64,000 nucleotides of DNA from Proteromonas lacertae (Eukaryota). Shown one piece after another: positions 1 through 12,900 of the stretch; the first letter of the stretch is position 1, and every line of letters starts with the position of its first letter. The stretch is from contig NGBS01000031.1 of NCBI GenBank assembly GCA_002245135.1, positions 1 to 64,000 on the forward strand, in the 5' to 3' direction. The notes below the pieces were generated by a model. The model did not search any database. It had not been told where the DNA came from and worked only from the letters and a program-made list of their open reading frames with translations. The translations under genes were made by a program, and so were the position numbers.

Positions 1-3000
1 ATGAATTAATAAAGAGTCAAGAGAACTATGTGATAGCATTGAAATATACAAAGAATGCAGGAAATGCTAGTGTATTACATCGTATAAGTGAGATTTACTA
101 TGAAGGTAATAATTTCGATGCTAGTTTATCTTTATTGATATCTATAATCAATCGATTCCCAAATTATAATCGATTGAACGAAGTAATCTTTTTATGTGGT
201 TGTATATTGAAATCTAAGAAAGATTATAAAAAAAGTATCGATTATTTCCAACATTTGGTGAATGTTTGTCCAAATGATTTTAAGAGTAGTGATATATGGT
301 TAATAATTGGTTTATGTTTAGAAGAAAGTAATTCTAATCAAAATGTGACAAGTTATAAACGATATTATAGTAATTTAGATGAGCGAACAAAAGAATTATA
401 TAAGAATTGGGAAGATTGTTATAATGATAGTCGTACTTGGATGAATGAAGGTGACAAACTATACAAGAATCGATATTTCAGTTTAGCTTATGATTTTTAT
501 GAAGAAAGTGCGAAACGCTCAAATTGTGATAAAGAGATATTGAATGAGAAAGAATGTTTATTAGGAACGAAAGAACACAATGATAAAATAATTGAAAAGA
601 GTTATAATGATATAAAAGATGAAGAAAGAAGAAAGATTTAGATGTGTAAATCGAAAAGAGTAAAGAATGATATAAACCCAATTTCGATAGTAAGATGGAT
701 GATATTTGTGAAGAAATTTTAAAGATTGAAGAGAATGATTTAACTGAATTTGAAGATGAGCGATTAGGTGATAATCCATTTATAGAAGAAGAAAACAAAC
801 GATTGAAAGAAGAAATTTGTAAATTGGAGAAAGATTTAAACAGTAGTGAATTGAAGATAATGATTTAGAGAAAGAGATGATAGATTTGAAGAAAGAACTA
901 AATGATTTAGAGAATGTGAAGAAAGAGTTGATGGATAAAACTCGAGATATTCCTAAGCTTGAAGATGATTTAAAAGAAAAGACTCAAAACATAAGTGATT
1001 TAGAGAAAGAAGTAAAAGACTTATTAGATAAGTTAAGTAAGAGTGGTGAAAGAAACTGAAAGAAAATCCAACAATAAATATGAAAGAATTCTTCAAAGAA
1101 CATGAAGCTGAGAATCTCGAAATGAAACGACTATTATTATTACGAAATCGTTGTTTCGAACTATTCAAGAATCAACAATATGAGAAATGTATAAAATATG
1201 GTGAAATAATCCAAAATAAGATGAAGAGAACAATTACAATGATGATGAAGAAGGTGAATTATATCGAATAATCGGTGAGAGTTATTACAAGTTATACATA
1301 AATGATAATAATATAAATGAATTAATAAAGAGTCAAGAGAACTATGTGATAGCATTGAAATATACAAAGAATGCAGGAAATGCTAGTGTATTACATCGTA
1401 TAAGTGAGATTTACTATGAAGGTAATAATTTCGATGCTAGTTTATCTTTATTGATATCTATAATCAATCGATTCCCAAATTATAATCGATTGAACGAAGT
1501 AATCTTTTTATGTGGTTGTATATTGAAATCTAAGAAAGATTATAAACAAAGTATCGATTATTTCCAACATTTGGTGAATGTTTGTCCAAATGATTTTAAG
1601 AGTAGTGATATATGGTTAATAATTGGTTTATGTTTAGAAGAAAGTAATTCTAATCAAAATGTGACAAGTTATAAACGATATTATAGTAATTTAGATGAGC
1701 GAACAAAAGAATTATATAAGAATTGGAAGATTGTTTAATGATAGTCGTACTTGGATGAATGAAGGTGACAAACTATACAAGAATCGATATTTCAGTTTAG
1801 CTTATGATTTTTATGAAGAAGTGCGAAACGCTCAAATTGTGATAAAGAGATATTGAATGAGAAAGAATGTTTATTAGGAACGAAAGAACACAATGATAAA
1901 ATAATTGAAAAGAGTTATAATGATAAAAGATGAAGAAAAGAAGAAAGATTTAGATGTAGAAATCGAAAAGAGTAAGAATGATATAAAACCAATTTCGATA
2001 GTAAGATGGATGATATTTGTGAAGAAATTTAAAGATTGAAGAGAATGATTTAACTGAATTTGAAGATGAGCGATTAGGTGATAATCCATTTATAGAGAAG
2101 AAAACAAACGATTGAAAGAAGAAATTTGTAAATTGGAGAAAGATTTAAACAGTAGTGAATTGAAGAATAATGATTTAGAGAAAGAGATGATAGATTTGAA
2201 GAAAGAACTAAATGATTTAGAGAATGTGAAGAAAGAGTTGATGGATAAAACTCGAGATATTCCTAAGCTTGAAGATGATTTAAAAGAAAAGACTCAAAAC
2301 ATAAGTGATTTAGAGAAAGAAGTAAAAGACTTATTAGATAAGTTAAGTAAGAGTGGTGAAAAGAAACTGAAAGAAAATCCAACAATAAATATGAAAGAAT
2401 TCTTCAAAGAACATGAAGCTGAGAATCTCGAAATGAACGACTATTATTATTACGAAATCGTTGTTTCGAACTATTCAAGAATCAACAATATGAGAAATGT
2501 ATAAAATATGGTGAAATAATCCAAAATAAGATGAAAGAGAACAATTACAATGATGATGAAGAAGGTGAATATATCGAATAATCGGTGAGAGTTATTACAA
2601 GTTATACATAAATGATAATAATATAAATGAATTAATAAAGAGTCAAGAGAACTATGTGATAGCATTGAAATATACAAAGAATGCAGGAAATGCTAGTGTA
2701 TTACATCGTATAAGTGAGATTTACTATGAAGGTAATAATTTCGATGCTAGTTTATCTTTATTGATATCTATAATCAATCGATTCCCAAATTATAATCGAT
2801 TGAACGAAGTAATCTTTTATGTGGTTGTATATTGAAATCTAAGAAAGATTATAAACAAAGTATCGATTATTTCCAACATTTGGTGAATGTTTGTCCAAAT
2901 GATTTTAAGAGTAGTGATATATGGTTAATAATTGGTTTATGTTTAGAAGAAAGTAATTCTAATCAAAATGTGACAAGTTATAAACGATATTATAGTAATT

Positions 3001-6000
3001 TAGATGAGCGAACAAAAGAATTATATAAGAATTGGGAAGATTGTTATAATGATAGTCGTACTTGGATGAATGAAGGTGACAAACTATACAAGAATCGATA
3101 TTTCAGTTTAGCTTATGATTTTTATGAAGAAAGTGCGAAACGCTCAAATTGTGATAAAGAGATATTGAATGAGAAAGAATGTTTATTAGGAACGAAAGAA
3201 CACAATGATAAAATAATTGAAAAGAGTTATAATGATATAAAAGATGAAGAAAAGAAGAAAGATTTAGATGTAGAAATCGAAAAAGAGTAAGAATGATATA
3301 AAACCCAATTTCGATAGTAAGATGGATGATATTTGTGAAGAAATTTAAAGATTGAAGAGAATGATTTAACTGAATTTGAAGATGAGCGATTAGGTGATAA
3401 TCCATTTATAGAAGAAGAAAACAAACGATTGAAAGAAGAAATTTGTAAATTGGAGAAAGATTTAAACAGTAGTGAATTGAAGAATAATGATTTAGAGAAA
3501 GAGATGATAGATTTGAAGAAAGAACTAAATGATTTAGAGAATGTGAAGAAAGAGTTGATGGATAAAACTCGAGATATTCCTAAGCTTGAAGATGATTTAA
3601 AAGAAAAGACTCAAAACATAAGTGATTTAGAGAAAGAAGTAAAAGACTTATTAGATAAGTTAAGTAAGAGTGGTGAAAAGAAACTGAAAGAAAATCCAAC
3701 AATAAATATGAAAGAATTCTTCAAAGAACATGAAGCTGAGAATCTCGAAATGAAACGACTATTATTATTACGAAATCGTTGTTTCGAACTATTCAAGAAT
3801 CAACAAATATGAGAAATGTATAAAATATGTGAAATAATCCAAAATAAGATGAAAGAGAACAATTACAATGATGATGAAGAAGGTGAAATTATATCGAATA
3901 ATCGTGAGAGTTATTACAAGTTATACATAAATGATAATAAATATAAATGAATTAATAAAGAGTCAAGAGAACTATGTGATAGCATTGAAATATACAAAGA
4001 ATGCAGGAAATGCTAGTGTATTACATCGTATAAGTGAGATTTACTATGAAGGTAATAATTTCGATGCTAGTTTATCTTTATTGATATCTATAATCAATCG
4101 ATTCCCAAATTATAATCGATTGAACGAAGTAATCTTTTTATGTGGTTGTATATTGAAATCTAAGAAAGATTATAAACAAAGTATCGATTATTTCCAACAT
4201 TTGGTGAATGTTTGTCCAAATGATTTTAAGAGTAGTGATATATGGTTAATAATTGGTTTATGTTTAGAAGAAAGTAATTCTAATCAAAATGTGACAAGTT
4301 ATAAACGATATTATAGTAATTTAGATGAGCGAACAAAAGAATTATATAAGAATTGGGAAGATTGTTATAATGATAGTCGTACTTGGATGAATGAAGGTGA
4401 CAAACTATACAAGAATCGATATTTCAGTTTAGCTTATGATTTTTATGAAGAAAGTGCGAAACGCTCAAATTGTGATAAAGAGATATTGAATGAGAAAGAA
4501 TGTTTATTAGGAACGAAAGAACACAATGATAAAATAATTGAAAAGAGTTATAATGATATAAAATGAAGAAAGAAGAAAGATTTAGATGTAGAAATCGAAA
4601 AGAGTAAGAATGATATAAAACCCAATTTCGATAGTAAGATGGATGATATTTGTGAAGAAATTTTAAAGATTGAAGAGAATGATTTAACTGAATTTGAAGA
4701 TGAGCGATTAGGTGATAATCCATTTATAGAAGAAGAAAACAAACGATTGAAAGAAGAAATTTGTAAATTGGAGAAAGATTTAAACAGTAGTGAATTGAAG
4801 AATAATGATTTAGAGAAAGAGATGATAGATTTGAAGAAAGAACTAAATGATTTAGAGAATGTGAAGAAAGAGTTGATGGATAAAACTCGAGATATTCCTA
4901 AGCTTGAAGATGATTTAAAAGAAAAGACTCAAAACATAAGTGATTTAGAGAAAGAAGTAAAAGACTTATTAGATAAGTTAAGTAAGAGTGTGAAAAGAAA
5001 CTGAAAGAAAATCCAAACAATAAATATGAAAGAATTCTTCAAAGAACATGAAGCTGAGAATCTCGAAATGAAACGACTATTATTATTACGAAATCGTTGT
5101 TTCGAACTATTCAAGAATCAACAATATGAGAAATGTATAAAATATGGTGAAATAATCCAAAATAAGATGAAAGAGAACAATTACAATGATGATGAAGAAG
5201 GTGAATTATATCGAATAATCGGTGAGAGTTATTACAAGTTATACATAAATGATAATAATATAAATGAATTAATAAAGAGTCAAGAGAACTATGTGATAGC
5301 ATTGAAATATACAAAGAATGCAGGAAATGCTAGTGTATTACATCGTATAAGTGAGATTTACTATGAAGGTAATAATTTCGATGCTAGTTTATCTTTATTG
5401 ATATCTATAATCAATCGATTCCCAAATTATAATCGATTGAACGAAGTAATCTTTTTATGTGGTTGTATATTGAAATCTAAGAAAGATTATAAACAAAGTA
5501 TCGATTATTTCCAACATTTGGTGAATGTTTGTCCAAATGATTTTAAGAGTAGTGATATATGGTTAATAATTGGTTTATGTTTAGAAGAAAGTAATTCTAA
5601 TCAAAATGTGACAAGTTATAAACGATATTATAGTAATTTAGATGAGCGAACAAAAGAATTATATAAGAATTGGGAAGATTGTTATAATGATAGTCGTACT
5701 TGGATGAATGAAGGTGACAAACTATACAAGAATCGATATTTCAGTTTAGCTTATGATTTTTATGAAGAAAGTGCGAAACGCTCAAATTGTGATAAAGAGA
5801 TATTGAATGAGAAAGAATGTTTATTAGGAACGAAAGAACACAATGATAAATAATTGAAAAGAGTTATAATGATATAAAAGATGAAGAAAAGAAGAAAGAT
5901 TTAGATGTAGAAATCGAAAAGAGTAAGAATGATATAAAACCCATTTCGATAGTAAGATGGATGATATTTGTGAAGAAATCTTAAAGATTGAAGAGAATGA

Positions 6001-9000
6001 TTTAACTGAATTTGAAGATGAGCGATTAGGTGATAATCCATTTATAGAAGAAGAAACAAACGATTGAAAGAAAAATTTGTAAATTGGAGAAAGATTTAAA
6101 CAGTAGTGAATTGAAGAATAATGATTTAGAGAAAGAGATGATAGATTTGAAGAAAGAACTAAATGATTTAGAGAATGTGAAGAAAGAGTTGATGGATAAA
6201 ACTCGAGATATTCCTAAGCTTGAAGATGATTTAAAAGAAAAGACTCAAAACATAAGTGATTTAGAGAAAGAAGTAAAAGACTTATTAGATAAGTTAAGTA
6301 AGAGTGGTGAAAAGAAACTGAAAGAAAATCCAACAATAAATATGAAAGAATTCTTCAAAGAACATGAAGCTGAGAATCTCGAAATGAAACGACTATTATT
6401 ATTACGAAATCGTTGTTTCGAACTATTCAAGAATCAACAATATGAGAAATGTATAAAATATGGTGAAATAATCCAAAATAAGATGAAAGAGAACAATTAC
6501 AATGATGATGAAGAAGGTGAATTATATCGAATAATCGGTGAGAGTTATTACAAGTTATACATAAATGATAATAATATAAATGAATTAATAAAGAGTCAAG
6601 AGAACTATGTGATAGCATTGAAATATACAAAGAATGCAGGAAATGCTAGTGTATTACATCGTATAAGTGAGATTTACTATGAAGGTAATAATTTCGATGC
6701 TAGTTTATCTTTATTGATATCTATAATCAATCGATTCCCAAATTATAATCGATTGAACGAAGTAATCTTTTTATGTGGTTGTATATTGAAATCTAAGAAA
6801 GATTATAAACAAAGTATCGATTATTTCCAACATTTGGTGAATGTTTGTCCAAATGATTTTAAGAGTAGTGATATATGGTTAATAATTGGTTTATGTTTAG
6901 AAGAAAGTAATTCTAATCAAAATGTGACAAGTTATAAACGATATTATAGTAATTTAGATGAGCGAACAAAAGAATTATATAAGAATTGGGAAGATTGTTA
7001 TAATGATAGTCGTACTTGGATGAATGAAGGTGACAAACTATACAAGAATCGATATTTCAGTTTAGCTTATGATTTTTATGAAGAAAGTGCGAAACGCTCA
7101 AATTGTGATAAAGAGATATTGAATGAGAAAGAATGTTTATTAGGAACGAAAGAACACAATGATAAAATAATTGAAAAGAGTTATAATGATATAAAAGATG
7201 AAGAAAAGAAGAAAGATTTAGATGTAGAAATCGAAAAGAGTAAGAATGATATAAAACCCAATTTCGATAGTAAGATGGATGATATTTGTGAAGAAATCTT
7301 AAAGATTGAAGAGAATGATTTAACTGAATTTGAAGATGAGCGATTAGGTGATAATCCATTTATAGAAGAAGAAAACAAACGATTGAAAGAAGAAATTTGT
7401 AAATTGGAGAAAGATTTAAACAGTAGTGAATTGAAGAATAATGATTTAGAGAAAGAGATGATAGATTTGAAGAAAGAACTAAATGATTTAGAGAATGTGA
7501 AGAAAGAGTTGATGGATAAAACTCGAGATATTCCTAAGCTTGAAGATGATTTAAAAGAAAAGACTCAAAACATAAGTGATTTAGAGAAAGAAGTAAAAGA
7601 CTTATTAGATAAGTTAAGTAAGAGTGGTGAAAAGAAACTGAAAGAAAATCCAACAATAAATATGAAAGAATTCTTCAAAGAACATGAAGCTGAGAATCTC
7701 GAAATGAAACGACTATTATTATTACGAAATCGTTGTTTCGAACTATTCAAGAATCAACAATATGAGAAATGTATAAAATATGGTGAAATAATCCAAAATA
7801 AGATGAAAGAGAACAATTACAATGATGATGAAGAAGGTGAATTATATCGAATAATCGGTGAGAGTTATTACAAGTTATACATAAATGATAATAATATAAA
7901 TGAATTAATAAAGAGTCAAGAGAACTATGTGATAGCATTGAAATATACAAAGAATGCAGGAAATGCTAGTGTATTACATCGTATAAGTGAGATTTACTAT
8001 GAAGGTAATAATTTCGATGCTAGTTTATCTTTATTGATATCTATAATCAATCGATTCCCAAATTATAATCGATTGAACGAAGTAATCTTTTTATGTGGTT
8101 GTATATTGAAATCTAAGAAAGATTATAAACAAAGTATCGATTATTTCCAACATTTGGTGAATGTTTGTCCAAATGATTTTAAGAGTAGTGATATATGGTT
8201 AATAATTGGTTTATGTTTAGAAGAAAGTAATTCTAATCAAAATGTGACAAGTTATAAACGATATTATAGTAATTTAGATGAGCGAACAAAAGAATTATAT
8301 AAGAATTGGGAAGATTGTTATAATGATAGTCGTACTTGGATGAATGAAGGTGACAAACTATACAAGAATCGATATTTCAGTTTAGCTTATGATTTTTATG
8401 AAGAAAGTGCGAAACGCTCAAATTGTGATAAAGAGATATTGAATGAGAAAGAATGTTTATTAGGAACGAAAGAACACAATGATAAAATAATTGAAAAGAG
8501 TTATAACGAAATAAAAGATGAAGAAAAGAAGAAAGATTTAGATGTAGAAATCGAAAAGAGTAAGAATGATATAAAACCCAATTTCGATAGTAAGATGGAT
8601 GATATTTGTGAAGAAATTTTAAAGATTGAAGAGAATGATTTAACTGAATTTGAAGATGAGCGATTAGGTGATAATCCATTTATAGAAGAAGAAAACAAAC
8701 GATTGAAAGAAGAAATTTGTAAATTGGAGAAAGATTTAAACAGTAGTGAATTGAAGAATAATGATTTAGAGAAAGAGATGATAGATTTGAAGAAAGAACT
8801 AAATGATTTAGAGAATGTGAAGAAAGAGTTGATGGATAAAACTCGAGATATTCCTAAGCTTGAAGATGATTTAAAAGAAAAGACTCAAAACATAAGTGAT
8901 TTAGAGAAAGAAGTAAAAGACTTATTAGATAAGTTAAGTAAGAGTGGTGAAAAGAAACTGAAAGAAAATCCAACAATAAATATGAAAGAATTCTTCAAAG

Positions 9001-9977
9001 AACATGAAGCTGAGAATCTCGAAATGAAACGACTATTATTATTACGAAATCGTTGTTTCGAACTATTCAAGAATCAACAATATGAGAAATGTATAAAATA
9101 TGGTGAAATAATCCAAAATAAGATGAAAGAGAACAATTACAATGATGATGAAGAAGGTGAATTATATCGAATAATCGGTGAGAGTTATTACAAGTTATAC
9201 ATAAATGATAATAATATAAATGAATTAATAAAGAGTCAAGAGAACTATGTGATAGCATTGAAATATACAAAGAATGCAGGAAATGCTAGTGTATTACATC
9301 GTATAAGTGAGATTTACTATGAAGGTAATAATTTCGATGCTAGTTTATCTTTATTGATATCTATAATCAATCGATTCCCAAATTATAATCGATTGAACGA
9401 AGTAATCTTTTTATGTGGTTGTATATTGAAATCTAAGAAAGATTATAAACAAAGTATCGATTATTTCCAACATTTGGTGAATGTTTGTCCAAATGATTTT
9501 AAGAGTAGTGATATATGGTTAATAATTGGTTTATGTTTAGAAGAAAGTAATTCTAATCAAAATGTGACAAGTTATAAACGATATTATAGTAATTTAGATG
9601 AGCGAACAAAAGAATTATATAAGAATTGGGAAGATTGTTATAATGATAGTCGTACTTGGATGAATGAAGGTGACAAACTATACAAGAATCGATATTTCAG
9701 TTTAGCTTATGATTTTTATGAAGAAAGTGCGAAACGCTCAAATTGTGATAAAGAGATATTGAATGAGAAAGAATGTTTATTAGGAACGAAAGAACACAAT
9801 GATAAAATAATTGAAAAGAGTTATAACGAAATAAAAGATGAAGAAAAGAAGAAAGATTTAGATGTAGAAATCGAAAAGAGTAAGAATGATATAAAACCCA
9901 ATTTCGATAGTAAGATGGATGATATTTGTGAAGAAATTTTAAAGATTGAAGAGAATGATTTAACTGAATTTGAAGAT
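1..9977 (+). repeat. Tandem array of a 1,320-bp coding unit, >=7.5 copies
   Basis: Identical sequence recurs at 6121, 7441 and 8761 (period 1320 = 440 codons). Earlier copies have periods of ~1310-1320 because of single-base indels. The array ends after TTTGAAGAT at 9977. Confidence 0.97.
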
Positions 9978-12900
9978 AATATCACTTTAATTACTTTAGA
10001 TGAACATGACAAAGTTATTGATAAATATAATCATACTATTAATGAAATGAATGAAAAGATTGATTCTATGAATGAAAAATTGAAAACTAAAGAAATTATG
10101 GTAAATAAAACAATAACCCTTAATGAAAAATTAAGAGATGATTTAATGAAAATACAAGAGATTGAAAATATACTTAATGATAATATTGCTGAAATGAATA
10201 ATTTAAGAAATATAACTGAAGATCGTGATAGAAGATACAATATTGTAGGAGATGATATGTCATATTTGCAAAAAGAAATACACAGATTAGTAAGGGATTA
10301 TCATATATCATCAAAGTATGCTGAAATCTTAGCATATCCTGAACCTGATTTCAGACCATCACCTTTAAAGATTTCAACATCACATGAAATGTTACAAAAG
10401 TATAGAAGAGAGTATACAGAAAAAGCTATATGTGATTATAATAATGGTATTATTGACAGGTGCTGCTGGCACATTGAAACTTTTGTATGAAAATATAGAT
10501 TGCAGTGATAGAACTGATGTTATAGCAGCGGAAGGATATAAAGTGTTAGGAGAATGTTTTTACAAAATGTTTTTAAAGACTGATAATAGGCAGTTCATTG
10601 AATCTAGTATGAGTGCATTTACTGGATGTATGTATTATGATAAATATCGTGATAATCCAGAAATTCTACATAGAATAGCAGATTTAACATACCAAGATGC
10701 TACTTATACCTCAACATTGCCTTTATTATCTGATTTATTACTCAAACATCCTGCTTATGAAAAATTCTATGAAGTAATGTTTTTAGCAGGATGTGTTCAA
10801 AAATATAACTGTGATTATAGACAAGCACTGGAATACTTTAAACCTTGTGTGAATAAATTACCACCAAATGTAACAGAAAGTGAAATATGGTTTATTATAG
10901 GACTAACCTATCAAGATATGAAAGAGCCAACAGATGTTAATAGTGTTACAGCATTTAAGAAATGTCATAATGCATTGGATGAATATGTAAAACCAGATTA
11001 TGAAACATATAAAGAATATATATCTAGTCCTAGAATATATGAACTTCATGGTGATAAATTCTATAGCTTGAAATATTACACATTAGCATTAGATTTCTAT
11101 CTAAAGTGTCTTATAAAATATGATCCAAGCAGATATAGAAATAAGAATAATACAAAGGAGAATATAATATACAAATTGTGTAAGACTGCTTTAAGGTGTG
11201 AAAAAATTGATGTATATGAAAGATATTTGAAGCAGTTAATGTTATCAAAAGCAGAGATAGATGTTCAAAGACAAGAAGAATTGAAAGTTTTATATAAAAA
11301 GTTGGTGATAGGACAAAGAGATGCACTAGAGAATCTACCAGTTCCAACATCTTTAACTATTTTACTCAGAATAATTGATGAAGATAATTTAAGAAATGAA
11401 ATGGATTCGAATCATTCCCATGGAAATTTCTATTTCCCAATTGATCCTTATGAATCAATAGCATTAATAAGAGAATATATAGACTATAAGAATAGAGTTT
11501 TAAAAAAATTAAAGACACAAATTGCAGAGGTGGAAAAAGAAAAATCTGATTTGGAGAAATCAAGTATGCCAAAAGTTGAATATGAAAGATTGAAAGCAGA
11601 ATATGATAAGTTAAGTGAAGAAAGTAGTAGTAAAATTCAAGAATTGGATAAAAATGTAAATCAAACTCTGAGTAAGAATTTATCATTGTTATTTAACCTC
11701 AGTATAAGTGAAAAAGAAATGAAACAATTAAAGGATGATATTGTTGAATTAATTCATTTATTAGAAAAATATAATATAGGTGATTTAGGTAATATATTTG
11801 TAAAGGCAAAAGGTAAAAAAGCTGTGGTAGATATATTGCACATCATTTATTTAAGAGCAATGATGTTATACAGTATATATACATTATTTTTCTTATTTAT
11901 TTGTAATAGATGATAATCAAATAAGACCTTCTACAAGGTATTTAGAGTATGTCTTACATAGAAAAGAAATATGTCATTTGAATGAAGATAAAAGTATATT
12001 CATTTTTTAATATATATAATTTAATATAGTGAGTGAATTATATCGAGTTCTTGGTGAAAGTTATTATAAGATTTTTAAAGATACAAATAACATCAATTAT
12101 CTAAAACAAAGTCATCAACACTATTTAGAAGCATATAAATATAGAAAGAATACTTCTAATCCTACATTCTTATTCAATATGGCTATTGTTCATTACGAAT
12201 ATGGATTATATGATGATTGTTTGAGATTATTAGACAAGATAAGACAAGAATTTATGGCTTATGATAAACTTCAAAATGTTGTATTTTTATCAGCTGTAAT
12301 AAAGAAATATCAAAAAGATTATGAAACAAGTCATAACGAATTTGCTAGTTTGTATTACAATCCACCAGAATATATTACTGAATCTGAATTATATTTTATA
12401 AAAGGAAGAATGTATGATGAATGTTTAGACGATAATGCTACTGATAGTTTTATTAAGAGTTATGAACTTTTAGAACCTTATGAAAAAGAGAAATTTAGTG
12501 ATGTTACAGATTATAAATATGATTATGAAGTATGGGAAGATTTTGGAGACAAATATTATAATATGAGATACTTTACATTAGCATTAGATTACTACTTGCA
12601 AACTATTCATTATCGTCCTTTAAATGAAGAAGAAGTATATGGAAAGATATGTAAAGCTGCTATATTTTGTGAAAGTTCAGAAGCATTTAACGAAAATAGA
12701 GTCAGTTGTATAGATCCAGATTTGCAAAATGAATTAGAAGAATTACATTCAGCAAGAAATAATCCAGAAGATATATCACTTACACTTGATTCTGATGATA
12801 TAGAAGAAGAATTAATATCTAAATTACTATCAGCTGAATCATACATTAATGAAGAAATGGAAGAAGAAATATCAATGAAAAAATCAGAATATGATAGTAA

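Noticed and set aside
1..9977. Array as a CRISPR, satellite or transposon
   Set aside because: No spacers, terminal repeats or transposase/RT motifs; the unit is exactly 440 codons and has diverged paralogues in the same ORF.
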